Shown: in pieces, positions 18,507 to 29,367 of the stretch
How positions within the stretch are numbered: the stretch's first letter is position 1
How the letters are laid out: each line of letters begins with the position of its first letter
NCBI GenBank assembly: GCA_047947115.1
Contig: CP170459.1
Coordinates: forward strand, 2,624,001 to 2,688,000
Length of the DNA: 64,000 nt
Origin: Verrucomicrobiota bacterium
GTDB lineage: Bacteria; Verrucomicrobiota; Verrucomicrobiia; Limisphaerales; AAA164-E04
Direction: 5' to 3'
Notes under the pieces: model-generated
Told to the model about the DNA's origin: nothing
Seen by the model: only the letters and a program-made list of their open reading frames with translations
Databases searched by the model: none
Made by a program: the position numbers and the translations under genes

Positions 18507-21500
18507 ATGCAATCCATTCACCCAGTTTGTCCCGAGCGACATGCTTGCCGCATCCTATCGGGGTTCAGATTCCGAACTTTCCTTGATCTGGGGCTGGTTT
18601 TGTTGCTCCCAGTGGTGGTGGGGCTAAGTCCCGTTGTTTCCCGCGCAGCTTCTTTGGTGGTCAGTGAGATCATGGTTCAACAGGGGGTGCATGCTTTTGT
18701 TGATGAGGACAATGACGCCTCGGATTGGATTGAGATCTACAATGCATCCGGTCAAACGCAAAATCTGCTGAATTGGTCACTTTCCGATGACGCGAAAGAA
18801 CCACGGAAATGGGTGTTTCCTGATGTCGATCTGTTGTCCGGTCAATTCTTGGTGGTGTTCACTTCTGGCAAGGATTACCGTGATCCGAGTCAACCGCTGC
18901 ATACCAACTTCAGGCTTTCTTCAGGAAGGGAAGCGTTAGGTCTGTATGATCCAGAAAACCAATTCGTTTCGGGGTTTCCGGATGAGTATCCCAAACAACT
19001 CGAAGGCACCTCCTATGGTTTTCAACAGGACGGTGATTTCAAGAAGAACGATCAGACGACCTTCAAATACGCGATTCCGGAGAATGATGGAATGGATGCC
19101 GCGTGGAAGCGGAACAATTTCGATGACAGCGGATGGATGGATGGGGTGGGTGGGATCGGTTTTGACAGCAATTCCGGACGCGTTTTGTTGCCTTTGATCG
19201 ATACGGATGTTCAAGCCAAGATGAGATCGCAGAACTCGACCATTTATCTTCGTTATTCCATTTCAGTGAGTGAGCCTGATACGGTGGTGAAATTGAAATT
19301 AAACTTTGATGATGGGTGCGTATTATATTTGAACGGTCGACGTGTCTTGGCTCGGAACGAACCTGCCACTCTGGGGTGGAACGCACGTGCCAGTGGCAGC
19401 CGTACGGACGGCGAGGAATGGGTTCCTGAGTTTCTGACTCTCTCTTCAAGAGAAGGATTGAGGGTGGGGAATAACGTGCTGGCGGTGCATGGGTTGAACT
19501 TTCGTTCGACAGATCGGGATTTTCTTTTCCGGATGGAAATGGATCAATGGAGTCAGTTGGGAGATTTTTCTCTTGAACCAGGGTTCATTTCAGAACCGAG
19601 CCCGGGAGCTCCCAACGCCATTGTTTTTACCGATGCACTGAAAAAGCCGGAAGTCGGAGAAGAATCCAGAGTGTTTGAAGGTTCACTATCGGTGGCATTG
19701 TCGCATTCCAATCCCGAGGCTACCTTGCGATACACTTTGGATGGAAGCGCGCCGACCGAGCGGTCCACTTTATATGTTGGACCTATTCTGATGGATGCGT
19801 CCGCCCAACTTTCCGTACGGGCATTTCATCCAACCCTGGCTCCGAGCAAAATCGTTTCCAAATCATTCATTCAAGCCGATGCCGAGAGTTTGGCTTTCCA
19901 TTCGGATGTTCCTGTTGTGCTGTTGGACACGATGGGGGGACGAATTTCGGCGTCCAGTCGGACGCGGGCACTGATTCAATTGTTTGACCGCGGCGAAGAT
20001 GGACGTGCTCGCATTTCTGAAATTCCTGAATTCCAGGGAATGGCTTCAATCAAGGTGCGAGGCTCCAGCACCGAGGGGAGACCCAAAAAGGCCTATTCCA
20101 TGGAAATCCAGGATATTTATGGTAACGATCGGGATGTTTCCCTGCTTGGGATGCCTTCAGATTCGGATTGGATTCTTTATGCTCCTTACAATTTTGATCG
20201 AGCGTTGATTCGAAACGCCTTGATTTACGAGTTGAGCAATCAGCTGGGGAGATATGCCGTACGCACGCGGTTTTGTGAGGTGTATGTCAACTCCCGTGGG
20301 ACGGAATTGAATGATCGGGCCTATGTGGGGGTGTATGTGCTCATGGAAAAAATCAAGCGGGGCGCTGACCGGGTGGATATGGACAAGCTTTTGCGACGCC
20401 ACACCAAGGTGCCGGAAGTTTCCGGTGGATATATCCTGAAAATCGATCGACTGGACCCCGGGGATGTCGGTTTTAACGGCGGCGGCCAGCAATTGGCTTT
20501 TGTGGAACCCAAGGAGCAGGAGATTCAACCTGCTCAACGAGAGTTTCTGGTTGGATTTTTGAACGATATGAACCGGTCGTTGCGTGACCGGGATTTTACA
20601 AAAGCTGTTCCAGATTACGATGCCTATATCGATCAAGGTGCCTGGATCGATTTCCATATCCTCAATGAATTCACCAAGAATCCGGATGGATTTCGTTTAT
20701 CCACTTACATGCACCTGCCGCGCAATGGACGTCTGACATTTGGTCCTGTCTGGGATTTTGACCGCACCATGGGGCCGGATGATGACGGTCGTGCTGCCAA
20801 TCCAGTAGGCTGGTCCAGCGTATATCGTTTTGGTTGGTGGGCAACCCTCTTTCGGAATCCAAACTTTGCCCAGGCATACATTGACCGCTGGCAGGAGCTG
20901 AGGCGAGGGGTGATGTCGGTTGAAAACATGCATGCTGTGATTGATCGCATGGCCGGGGAACTGACCGAGTCGGCGGAAAGAAATGACGAAAAGTGGCGAT
21001 TGCTCAGGGATGTGGCAGCGTGGCAGGGTGAAATTCGCCAATTAAAAACCTGGGTCAAGAATCGTGCGGAATGGATGGACAGCCAATACACCTCTCCACC
21101 CAGATTTCAAACCGAACCCGGAGTTGTCGTTGGGAATGGGGCGGTCCAGGTCAGGCAGTCGGAAGGAAGGACTTATTACACGCTGGATGGTTCGGATCCT
21201 CGACTTCCTGGGGGTGGGATCGTTGCCAACGCCAAGGTGCTTTCAAGGGGAAGCATTTCATTGGAAATCGATGGTCCGACAAGGATCAATATGCGCTCAT
21301 TGGTGGATGATGATTGGAGTGGTATGGTGTCGGGTGTGTTTGCCACTCCTGAATTGCCTTCCCTTGCCATTTCGGAGATCATGTATCATCCCTCAGAAGA
21401 ACTGATTCCATTTGGCTATGGTGAGGAAGATTTTGAGTTTGTGGAAATCTTGAACCACGGTGATCAACCGGTTTTATTGGAAGGGATGGCCTTGAGTGAG

Positions 21501-22061
21501 GGGGTTGATTTCATATTTCCTTCGCACACCTTGGCAGCAGGCGATGCGGTCGTGGTCGCCGCCCAACCCGCGGCATTGCTTGTGCACAACCAGACTTTGG
21601 CCGGAAAAGTGTTGGGTCCTTATGAAGGACGGTTGGCCAATGGTGGAGAAATGATTGGGCTATCTGATGTTGCAGGGCGCCTGTTGGATCAGGTTCAGTT
21701 CGATGATGAGGAAGCCTGGCCTGAATCGGCGGACGGGCAGGGCAGCTCTCTGGAGCGCATCCGGTTTGATCTGGCGGATGCTTCAGCCTGGCGTGCGAGT
21801 CATGTTTTTGGAGGAAGCCCGGGGAAGGTGATTGTGGATCAAACCATCCCGGCAACCATTCAGTGGATGGCTGCGAACATTGTTCGGATTCGTTTTGAAG
21901 TCGGTGCGGGTGTGGTTTCGACGTTGATGAGCAAACCTGCCCTGGATGCCTCCGAGTGGGAGCCCTTGTTTCAGTGGGAGTCAATTGATCGCGCCGAGGC
22001 GCATCAAATCGAATTGGATACTACCGGTATGACTCGCTTTTTCCGGATCGTGACCCAATAA
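18507..22061 (+). CDS. Secreted CotH kinase-family protein with lamin-tail and Fn3/chitobiase-like domains
   Basis: LTD motifs (SEIM..DWIEIYN; ISEIMYHP..EFVEILN), RYTLDGS.P, and CotH motifs (KVRGSS, N.DG, GPVWDFDR). Start codon uncertain. Confidence 0.85.
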   Translation: MQSIHPVCPERHACRILSGFRFRTFLDLGLVLLLPVVVGLSPVVSRAASLVVSEIMVQQGVHAFVDEDNDASDWIEIYNASGQTQNLLNWSLSDDAKEPRKWVFPDVDLLSGQFLVVFTSGKDYRDPSQPLHTNFRLSSGREALGLYDPENQFVSGFPDEYPKQLEGTSYGFQQDGDFKKNDQTTFKYAIPENDGMDAAWKRNNFDDSGWMDGVGGIGFDSNSGRVLLPLIDTDVQAKMRSQNSTIYLRYSISVSEPDTVVKLKLNFDDGCVLYLNGRRVLARNEPATLGWNARASGSRTDGEEWVPEFLTLSSREGLRVGNNVLAVHGLNFRSTDRDFLFRMEMDQWSQLGDFSLEPGFISEPSPGAPNAIVFTDALKKPEVGEESRVFEGSLSVALSHSNPEATLRYTLDGSAPTERSTLYVGPILMDASAQLSVRAFHPTLAPSKIVSKSFIQADAESLAFHSDVPVVLLDTMGGRISASSRTRALIQLFDRGEDGRARISEIPEFQGMASIKVRGSSTEGRPKKAYSMEIQDIYGNDRDVSLLGMPSDSDWILYAPYNFDRALIRNALIYELSNQLGRYAVRTRFCEVYVNSRGTELNDRAYVGVYVLMEKIKRGADRVDMDKLLRRHTKVPEVSGGYILKIDRLDPGDVGFNGGGQQLAFVEPKEQEIQPAQREFLVGFLNDMNRSLRDRDFTKAVPDYDAYIDQGAWIDFHILNEFTKNPDGFRLSTYMHLPRNGRLTFGPVWDFDRTMGPDDDGRAANPVGWSSVYRFGWWATLFRNPNFAQAYIDRWQELRRGVMSVENMHAVIDRMAGELTESAERNDEKWRLLRDVAAWQGEIRQLKTWVKNRAEWMDSQYTSPPRFQTEPGVVVGNGAVQVRQSEGRTYYTLDGSDPRLPGGGIVANAKVLSRGSISLEIDGPTRINMRSLVDDDWSGMVSGVFATPELPSLAISEIMYHPSEELIPFGYGEEDFEFVEILNHGDQPVLLEGMALSEGVDFIFPSHTLAAGDAVVVAAQPAALLVHNQTLAGKVLGPYEGRLANGGEMIGLSDVAGRLLDQVQFDDEEAWPESADGQGSSLERIRFDLADASAWRASHVFGGSPGKVIVDQTIPATIQWMAANIVRIRFEVGAGVVSTLMSKPALDASEWEPLFQWESIDRAEAHQIELDTTGMTRFFRIVTQ

Positions 22062-22322
22062 GTTGAAACGGTTCAGGTGAGAATCCGCAAGAGCATATGC
22101 GGGATCCCTTCGTTGAAAAAGATGGAGGGGCAAGCTCCGTCTTGTGCCCACTTCAATCCTGATGGCATTCAATTGCTCGTTAATCTGTAATGGAAACGCC
22201 ACAGGTTGATGAACGCCCAGGACTACCCGCGTTCCACGTTATTTGTTTGGGAAAGTTATCGAGGACAAAGAATGGGTTCGGGGTGGAACCCGACCCTCCC
22301 ATGTTCATAAACTGAACTCCAC

Positions 22323-22361
22323 AAAAAGAAAAACGGCGGACGCTTTTAACACGTCCGCCGT
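22323..22361 (-). terminator. Terminator of the cys operon
   Basis: acggcggacg / cgtccgccgt stem followed by a T-rich run on the minus strand. Confidence 0.75.
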
Positions 22362-22389
22362 ATCAAGTTGCTTTTCCAATCTCCAAGAA

Positions 22390-23661
22390 TCAAACGATCA
22401 TACCCGCTGCGACCGTCGCATTGGTGGAATCGTCGATGAGGACGAAGCTTCCGGTTTGACGGTTGCGTTTGTAGGGGTCGTGGAGCAAGGGAGTGGAGGT
22501 GCGCATGGAAATGCGGGCAATATCGTTCAAACCGACTTCCAAATCATCTTCGACCTTGTGAAGTGTGTTCACGTTGACTTTGTATTTGACCTCTTTGAGA
22601 ATGCATTTTGCGTCACGTGTCGTGTGACGGATGCTGTATTTTTTCCCAAGCTGCAATTTGGCGCTATCTGAAAACCAACAGATCATGGCGTCAATATCCT
22701 GTTCCACTCTGGGCGGGTTGTTTTGTTTGACGATCATGTCACCCCGGCTGATATCGATCTCATCTTCCAGGGTGATGGTCACCGACATCGGGGCGAAGGC
22801 TTCATCCACTTCTCCTTCGAAGGTGTGGATGGCCTTGATTTTGGAGCGGAACCCGGATGGTTGTACGGTGATCTCGTCTCCCTTCTTGAACACCCCGCCG
22901 GCCACGCGACCGGAAAATCCTCTGAAGTCATGGTATTCCTTGCTTTGCGGCCGGATCACCCACTGAACAGGGAAGCGTGCATCCACATGGTTGAATTCGT
23001 TGCCGACAAACACATTTTCAAGTGTGTAGAGAAGGGTGCCTCCCTGATACCAGGGCATCGCCGTGGATTTGTCCACAACATTGTCACCATGAAGAGCACT
23101 GATGGGGATGAAATCGATGTGGGGGATGTCCAGGCGTGATGAAAAGTCTTTGTAATCTTTGACGATTGAACGAAAAATCTCTTCCTTGTAATCAACCAAA
23201 TCCATTTTGTTCACCGCGACGATGACATGTTGAATCTGCAGCAGAGAAGCAATGAATGAATGTCGGCAGGTTTGTTCGATGACGCCTTTGCGGGCGTCCA
23301 CCAGAATGATCGCAAGACTCGCGGTGGAAGCTCCCGTCACCATGTTGCGGGTGTACTGGATGTGTCCCGGGGTGTCGGCGATGATGAATTTGCGTTTCGG
23401 GGTGGCGAAGTAACGGTAGGCGACATCGATGGTGATGCCTTGTTCGCGTTCCGCGCGCAGACCATCGGTCAGCAGGGCCAGGTTCACTATTTCATCACCC
23501 CGTTTCTTGCTGGATGCTTCCACGGCTTCCAATTGATCTTCAAAGATGGATTTGCTGTCGTAGAGCAGTCGACCGATCAATGTGCTTTTGCCGTCGTCCA
23601 CGCTTCCGGCTGTGGTGAAGCGCAGGAGGTCCATGTCGAGATAACCTTTTTCAGTAGTCAT
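22390..23661 (-). CDS. cysN: Sulfate adenylyltransferase subunit 1 (GTPase)
   Basis: GSVDDGKSTLIGRLL, EREQGITIDVAYRYF, DTPGH, NKMD; no fused CysC domain. Confidence 0.97.
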   Translation of the reverse strand: MTTEKGYLDMDLLRFTTAGSVDDGKSTLIGRLLYDSKSIFEDQLEAVEASSKKRGDEIVNLALLTDGLRAEREQGITIDVAYRYFATPKRKFIIADTPGHIQYTRNMVTGASTASLAIILVDARKGVIEQTCRHSFIASLLQIQHVIVAVNKMDLVDYKEEIFRSIVKDYKDFSSRLDIPHIDFIPISALHGDNVVDKSTAMPWYQGGTLLYTLENVFVGNEFNHVDARFPVQWVIRPQSKEYHDFRGFSGRVAGGVFKKGDEITVQPSGFRSKIKAIHTFEGEVDEAFAPMSVTITLEDEIDISRGDMIVKQNNPPRVEQDIDAMICWFSDSAKLQLGKKYSIRHTTRDAKCILKEVKYKVNVNTLHKVEDDLEVGLNDIARISMRTSTPLLHDPYKRNRQTGSFVLIDDSTNATVAAGMIV

Positions 23662-23706
23662 GTTAGAATTGAAATATTTTTGGGTTCAATGGCTGTGTGG
23701 ATCGGC

Positions 23707-24615
23707 CTAGAAATATCCGTCTTTTTTGCGATCTTCCATGGCGGTTTCCGAACGTTTGTCATCGACGCGGCCTCCGCGTTCGGTGACACGGGCGGCGGCG
23801 ACTTCGGCGATGATGTCATCCACGTTGCGGGCAGGTGATGCGACCACCCCCGTGCAGGTCATGTCTCCAACGGTGCGGCAACGCACGATCATTTTTTCAA
23901 CCACTTCATCGGCCCCCAAGGTCAGGAACTCCGAATTCGCCAGGTAGAGACCGTTGCGGTGAACGACTTCCCGTTCGTGGCTGAAGTAAATGGACGGTAA
24001 CGCCAGCTCTTCCAGTTTGATGTATTGCCAGACATCCATTTCTGTCCAGTTGCTCAAAGGGAAAACGCGGAAGTGTTCCCCGATGTGCATCTTGCCGTTG
24101 AATAGATTCCAGAGTTCCGGGCGCTGGTTTTTGGGATCCCATTGGCCAAATTCATTTCGGTGTGAGAAGAAACGTTCCTTTGCCCTGGCCTTTTCCTCGT
24201 CGCGACGTGCTCCTCCCAGTGCGGCCGAGAATTGAAATTCTTCCAGCGCATCGAGCAGGGTGACCGTTTGCAGGGAATTGCGACTGGCGTTGGGGCCTTT
24301 TTCTTCGGTGGCACGTCCTTTGTCGATGGATTCCTGGACGGTGCGGACGATGAGGTTGGCTCCCAGTTCTGCCACCAGGCGATCCCGGAACTCCAGGGTC
24401 TCCGGAAAGTTGTGTCCCGTGTCAATGTGCATGAGTGGGAACGGGAGTTTGGCCGGATGAAACGCCTTCTGTGCCAGGCGAAGCATCACGATGGAATCTT
24501 TTCCTCCCGAGAAAAGGAGTACGGGTTTTTCAAACTGAGCCGCCACTTCTCGCATGATGAAAATGGCTTCGGCTTCCAGAGACTTTAAATGAGTGAGTCG
24601 GTAGCTTTGATGCAT
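23707..24615 (-). CDS. cysD: Sulfate adenylyltransferase subunit 2
   Basis: FSGGKDS, GGARRDEEKARAKER, WDPKNQRPELW, C-terminal MEDRKKDGYF. Confidence 0.97.
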   Translation of the reverse strand: MHQSYRLTHLKSLEAEAIFIMREVAAQFEKPVLLFSGGKDSIVMLRLAQKAFHPAKLPFPLMHIDTGHNFPETLEFRDRLVAELGANLIVRTVQESIDKGRATEEKGPNASRNSLQTVTLLDALEEFQFSAALGGARRDEEKARAKERFFSHRNEFGQWDPKNQRPELWNLFNGKMHIGEHFRVFPLSNWTEMDVWQYIKLEELALPSIYFSHEREVVHRNGLYLANSEFLTLGADEVVEKMIVRCRTVGDMTCTGVVASPARNVDDIIAEVAAARVTERGGRVDDKRSETAMEDRKKDGYF

Positions 24616-24654
24616 GTGGATGTGAGTGTTTTGGTGTGTTGTGAAAATAATGGA

Positions 24655-24717
24655 TGTTAGCTTTTAGTTGTTAGCTTTTAGTCGTTAGCTTTTAGCTTTT
24701 GGTTTTTGGCTGTTGGC
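24655..24717. repeat. Heptanucleotide tandem repeat (~9 degenerate units, T[GT]TT[AG]G[CT])
   Basis: tgttagc ttttagt tgttagc ttttagt cgttagc ttttagc ttttggt ttttggc tgttggc, overlapping the cysC 3' end. Confidence 0.75.
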
Positions 24718-25313
24718 TTAATGCGTGCCATGGTAAATGCGTTCAGTTCCTTCAGGCATGCTTCCTCACTTTGTTTGTCCGTGTCCAGTACCAGAGCCGC
24801 CGGGTGTGCGTCGTCCGGTGGTTCGAAGGAAGAATCCCTTCCTGTGAAATGTTTGATGGTTCCGGCCTTGGCTTTTGCGTAGAGGCCTTTGACATCCCGT
24901 TTTTCGCAGGTTTCAAACGAACAGGTGACAAATATTTCATGGAAATCATCTTCTCCAATGATCTCTCGTGCCATGGCTCTCAAGGTTTGCTTTGGTGTGA
25001 TGAAGGAAGTGATGGTCACGATGCCGGCATGCGCAAACAGTTTGGCAACTTCGGCAATGCGTCGAATGTTCTCCAGCCGGTCCTCATCCGAGAAACCCAG
25101 ACCTTTGTTGAGTCCTGTCCTGATGTTGTCGCCGTCCAGAAGTTGGGTCATGATCCCTTCTGAATGCAATTGCTTCTCCAATGCGGTCGCCAAAGTGCTT
25201 TTGCCGGCTCCTGACAATCCATACAACCACAACACACAGCCTTTCTGATTCAACAATTTCTCCTTGCTGGAGCGGTCGAGTACCTGATCGAAAATGGGAT
25301 GAATGTTTTCCAT
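24678..25313 (-). CDS. cysC: Adenylyl-sulfate kinase
   Basis: GLSGAGKST, LDGDNIR, DRLENIRR, RDVKGLY, FTG. Start set at MENIHP. Confidence 0.96.
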   Translation of the reverse strand: MENIHPIFDQVLDRSSKEKLLNQKGCVLWLYGLSGAGKSTLATALEKQLHSEGIMTQLLDGDNIRTGLNKGLGFSDEDRLENIRRIAEVAKLFAHAGIVTITSFITPKQTLRAMAREIIGEDDFHEIFVTCSFETCEKRDVKGLYAKAKAGTIKHFTGRDSSFEPPDDAHPAALVLDTDKQSEEACLKELNAFTMARIKPTAKNQKLKAND

Positions 25314-25371
25314 TAATTTTTTGGATGTGATGTGTGATATGTGGAGGATTCTCTGTGAAAATGCATGGAGT

Positions 25372-26106
25372 TCAGATACTGAAATCACTGGATGCGCTTT
25401 CATGCAAACCGCATTCGCGTTTCAATCCGAAAAACCTGGCTTCTTCTTCGGTCATGCCGGCGTCAACACGTTTGGTGGTGTGAGTGTCGCCGATGCTCAG
25501 GTAACCTTCATGCCAGAGCGGATGATACGGCAAGTCGTGCTTGACGAGATAATCATAAACATCCTTGCTGGACCAATCGACGATGGGATGAATCTTCAGG
25601 TAAACATCGTCCACAGCCAGAATATTCAGCTTTTTACGGCTTGAGCTTTGCTCACGCCGCAATCCAGCCAGCCATGCTTTGGGTTTTAATTCCTTGAGCG
25701 CCCGTCGCATGGGTTCCACCTTGTTCATGACGTTGTAAGCAGTGATCCCGTCCAGACCTTTTTCCCACAATTTTCCATACCGGGCCTCCTGCCAGGCTGG
25801 GCTCATTTCTGCCCGGAACACCTTCAAATTCAGTTTGAGACGTTCGGTCATTTCGTCGATGAACTTGTAGGTCTCCGGAAACAAATAACCTGTGTCCACC
25901 AGGATCACCCTGATGTCGGGGAACTGGCTGGTGGCCATGTGCAGTGAGACCGCTGCCTGTGCTCCAAAACTGGAAGAAAGCACCAAATCGTTGGTGAAAT
26001 ATTTCACTGCCCAGGCGACGCGTTCCTCCGCGCTCAGTGCTTCCAGTCTGGCGTTCTCTTCTGCCAGATTCAGCCCGTGCAATTGCCCGTTCGTGTTGGT
26101 AGACAT
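25372..26106 (-). CDS. cysH: Phosphoadenosine phosphosulfate (PAPS) reductase
   Basis: [21 protein letters not shown] (no CC iron-sulfur motif), C-terminal ECGLH. Confidence 0.95.
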   Translation of the reverse strand: MSTNTNGQLHGLNLAEENARLEALSAEERVAWAVKYFTNDLVLSSSFGAQAAVSLHMATSQFPDIRVILVDTGYLFPETYKFIDEMTERLKLNLKVFRAEMSPAWQEARYGKLWEKGLDGITAYNVMNKVEPMRRALKELKPKAWLAGLRREQSSSRKKLNILAVDDVYLKIHPIVDWSSKDVYDYLVKHDLPYHPLWHEGYLSIGDTHTTKRVDAGMTEEEARFFGLKRECGLHESASSDFSI

Positions 26107-26149
26107 AAGGTGATGACGGATTTCTGCGGCCGAGTGGCCACCATCCGAT

Positions 26150-27832
26150 TTATTCCTTTCCGGCGCTTTCCAGTTCAGGCCAGAGCACACGTGCGCTCCA
26201 GTCGCCAAAGCGTTCATCACCCTCGCGTTCCTGCTGGAAACGCTTGAGTATCTTGCCGAGAGTTTCGTCCATGTCCGCGTCCTTGACGCTTTCCAGGTAA
26301 ACTTTGTTCAAGCGGGTTCCCGCTTCGTTTCCACCCACGTAAACGTTGTATTTGCCCGGAGCACGGCCGACAAATCCAAGTTCTGCCATGTAGGGGCGCG
26401 CACATCCGTTTGGGCAGCCTGTCATGCGAATGATGATTTCTTCCTGAGGAATGCCCGCTTCTCCGAGTTGATTTTCAATGCGGTCAATCAAACCAGGAAG
26501 ATAGCGTTCCGATTCTGCAAGAGCCAATCCACAGGTGGGTAGAGCAGGGCAGGCCATGGTGGCGCTACGGACGGGGGATTTTTCATGGGTGGTCGGCACA
26601 CCATGATCCTTCATGATTTGGTTGATGGCATCGACCGCGTCTGAAGGGATGTTGACCAGCAACATGTTTTGGGACGGAGTCAATCGAACTTCCACTCCAT
26701 ATGTGTCCACGACTTTGCGGACAGCTGTTTTCAGCTGTATGGATTCGGTGTCTTTGATGCGGCCTGTTTCGACAAACAATCCGAGGAAATGATTGCCATC
26801 CGCCTGCTGATGCCATCCGAAGCGATCGCCCTGACGGGAGAACTCAAACGGTTTGGCGTCTTCGAGATTGAAACCTAATCTGGATTCCAATTCTTTGCGG
26901 AACCAGGCCACGCCCTTTTCTTCGAGAACGTATTTCAGTCGGGCGTGCTTGCGGTCGGTGCGGTCACCAAAGTCACGATGGATGGTTAAAACACTCTTGG
27001 CGACGTCTTCCACTTGATCTCTGGTGAGGTAGCCGATGACATCCGCCTTGCGTGGAAAAGTGTTGGGATTGTTGTGGCTCATTCCCAATCCACCTCCAAC
27101 AGTCAGATTGTAACCAGTCAACTTGTCACCTTCGGATATGGCGACAAACCCAAGGCAATTGGTGAACAGATCCACATCATTCAAGGGGGGCATGGCGAAG
27201 GCAGCCTTAAACTTGCGGGGCAAGTAAGTTTTGCCATAGAGCGGATCGTGATGATTTTTGTGCTCCTGAATATTCAATTGCACGCCTTCCACCCAGATGG
27301 CGTGGTAAGACGGCGTGGTGGGCAACAGGGCATTGGACAATAATTCCGAATCTTCATGGACTTGGTGCATCCAAGGTTCTGTGGCCGGGGTGGGTGGAGC
27401 CATCACGTTGCGGTTGACATCACCGCAGGCCGCCAGAGTGGTCATCAGAGCGTCATTGATGGATTTCATCAATGGTCCCAGCCCGGACTTCACCACGCCG
27501 TGGAATTGGATGCTTTGGCGTGAAGTCAGTCGAAGCGTATTGTTTCCATATTTGGTGGCCAGGTCATCATACACCTTGTAATGATCGGCTTTCATGATCC
27601 CGCTTGGAATGCGGCCACGAATCATGAACATGTATTTTTTGCCGGTCTTGCGCAGGTCTCGATCGTCCTGCTGGTAAATGCCGTGAAACTTCAGGAATTG
27701 TCCATCATCATTGGAAAAACAATCCGCGTCCGGGTCATTCAGCGTTTCCGCCAGATTTCCAGCAAGGATGGGATCGTTTTCTTTCAGGACCTCGTTATGT
27801 GAAAGCTTATTCTCTGGTGTTGAGTCAATCAT
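26150..27832 (-). CDS. cysI: Sulfite reductase hemoprotein subunit
   Basis: [27 protein letters not shown], and siroheme/4Fe-4S ligands [11 protein letters not shown] and TGCPNGC. Confidence 0.95.
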   Translation of the reverse strand: MIDSTPENKLSHNEVLKENDPILAGNLAETLNDPDADCFSNDDGQFLKFHGIYQQDDRDLRKTGKKYMFMIRGRIPSGIMKADHYKVYDDLATKYGNNTLRLTSRQSIQFHGVVKSGLGPLMKSINDALMTTLAACGDVNRNVMAPPTPATEPWMHQVHEDSELLSNALLPTTPSYHAIWVEGVQLNIQEHKNHHDPLYGKTYLPRKFKAAFAMPPLNDVDLFTNCLGFVAISEGDKLTGYNLTVGGGLGMSHNNPNTFPRKADVIGYLTRDQVEDVAKSVLTIHRDFGDRTDRKHARLKYVLEEKGVAWFRKELESRLGFNLEDAKPFEFSRQGDRFGWHQQADGNHFLGLFVETGRIKDTESIQLKTAVRKVVDTYGVEVRLTPSQNMLLVNIPSDAVDAINQIMKDHGVPTTHEKSPVRSATMACPALPTCGLALAESERYLPGLIDRIENQLGEAGIPQEEIIIRMTGCPNGCARPYMAELGFVGRAPGKYNVYVGGNEAGTRLNKVYLESVKDADMDETLGKILKRFQQEREGDERFGDWSARVLWPELESAGKE

Positions 27833-27912
27833 AAGTAAATTACCTTTCTTAATTAGGTATGCTTGAGTATAAATGTCAATCTAAAGCTGCAAGTTTTTTT
27901 TAAAAAGAGAGC

Positions 27913-27941
27913 TTGCCAATCCAACTTGGCATGCATACTTT
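27913..27941 (+). promoter_or_regulatory. Putative sigma70 promoter of the rpsP operon
   Basis: TTGCCA-N17-TACTTT upstream of rpsP. Confidence 0.45.
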
Positions 27942-28024
27942 CTTCGTTCCTCTTTTGCGGGGGACAAAATTAAACAAGACCCGTTCGCCTTTGCGAGGCG
28001 AAAATGAAACAGTTGTTATTTAAT

Positions 28025-28303
28025 ATGGTAAAGATCCGTTTAAAGCGCATGGGCGCAAAAAATCATCCGGTTTACCGCGTTGTTGCGGCCGACAGCCGCA
28101 GTCCCAGAGATGGCAAATGCATTGAGGAGTTGGGTACATACCACCCTTCTCGTGCCGGACAAAAATTCAGTTTGAAGATGGATCGCGTGGACCACTGGTT
28201 GGCATGCGGGGCTCAGCCTTCCGATACTGTCGCCAGTTTTATCCGTAAAACGCGCAAAGCAGCCAAGGAAGCCGAGACCGCCGAGGCAACCGCTACGGCG
28301 TAA
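28025..28303 (+). CDS. rpsP: 30S ribosomal protein S16
   Basis: [35 protein letters not shown]. Confidence 0.97.
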   Translation: MVKIRLKRMGAKNHPVYRVVAADSRSPRDGKCIEELGTYHPSRAGQKFSLKMDRVDHWLACGAQPSDTVASFIRKTRKAAKEAETAEATATA

Positions 28304-28337
28304 GGGCAAATCCACAGGTTTCCCATCAGGTTTATTT

Positions 28338-28577
28338 ATGTTGAAATATGTGCAGTTTGTGTTGAACGGATTGGTTGAAAATCCGGAAGCAATGCAGATC
28401 GAAACAGAGGAAAAGGAAGGACTTACCGTCTACAAGGTGAAACTCCATTCCGAAGACATGGGGAAAGTGATTGGCAAGCAAGGCAACACGATCAATGCTA
28501 TTCGTGGTCTTTTGCAAGCCGGAAGCGCCAAAGCCAGCACGCGTTGCGTTCTGGAGGTTTCGGAATTGGAAGCCTGA
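28338..28577 (+). CDS. khpA: KH-domain RNA-binding protein KhpA
   Basis: DMGKVIGKQGNTINAIR; position directly after rpsP. Confidence 0.9.
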   Translation: MLKYVQFVLNGLVENPEAMQIETEEKEGLTVYKVKLHSEDMGKVIGKQGNTINAIRGLLQAGSAKASTRCVLEVSELEA

Positions 28578-28647
28578 CCTGTGATCGGGGAAGGGGGTAT
28601 GCTCTCTTTCGTGGTTAGAATAAATCCACGGTGGTTCTGGAAGACTC

Positions 28648-29337
28648 ATGAGGGTAGACATCATTACGCTGTTTCCCGAAATGTTCGTGGGACCACTGAA
28701 TGAAAGCATCCTTAAGCGGGCCCAGAACAAGGGGCTGGTGGATCTGAGGATCCACTGTCTGAGAGATTTTACAAAGGATCGCCACCGTACGGTGGACGAT
28801 CGACCGTTTGGGGGCGGGCCAGGTATGGTCCTGAAGCCTGAACCGGTGTTTGACGCAGTCGAAAGCCTCCGTCAACCGGAGACAAGGGTGCTGATGATGG
28901 CTCCTTCGGGGAGGCCGTTCAAACAGGCCGATGCGTTTGAGTTGGCGAAATGCCCGCACTTGGTCTTGTTGTGCGGCAGCTATGAGGGTTTTGACGAGCG
29001 CATAAGGGAGGCGATTGTAGACGATGCCTTCTCCATTGGGGACTATGTTCTCACCAACGGAGCTTTGCCGGCCATGGTCATCGTCGATTGTATTTGCCGG
29101 TTGGTGCCCGGAGTGCTGGGGGATGCGGAAAGTGCCGGAGAGGAGTCTTTCAGTCATGGAATGCTGGAATACCCCCATTACACGCGTCCTTATTCCTTCA
29201 GGGGAATGAAAGTGCCCGACGTTTTAATGTCGGGAAATCATGCCGCCATCGCCAAATGGCGTCATGAGAAGGCGGTGGAGCGAACCAAAGCGCTTCGACC
29301 GGATTTGGTAGAAAAATTTGAAATGAACGGGGACTGA
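28648..29337 (+). CDS. trmD: tRNA (guanine-N1)-methyltransferase
   Basis: VDDRPFGGGPGMV, CGSYEGFDER, SIGDYVLTNG, LEYPHYTRP. Confidence 0.97.
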   Translation: MRVDIITLFPEMFVGPLNESILKRAQNKGLVDLRIHCLRDFTKDRHRTVDDRPFGGGPGMVLKPEPVFDAVESLRQPETRVLMMAPSGRPFKQADAFELAKCPHLVLLCGSYEGFDERIREAIVDDAFSIGDYVLTNGALPAMVIVDCICRLVPGVLGDAESAGEESFSHGMLEYPHYTRPYSFRGMKVPDVLMSGNHAAIAKWRHEKAVERTKALRPDLVEKFEMNGD

Positions 29338-29367
29338 GATCCCTGTAATGAAAAAGCACACTGTTGT

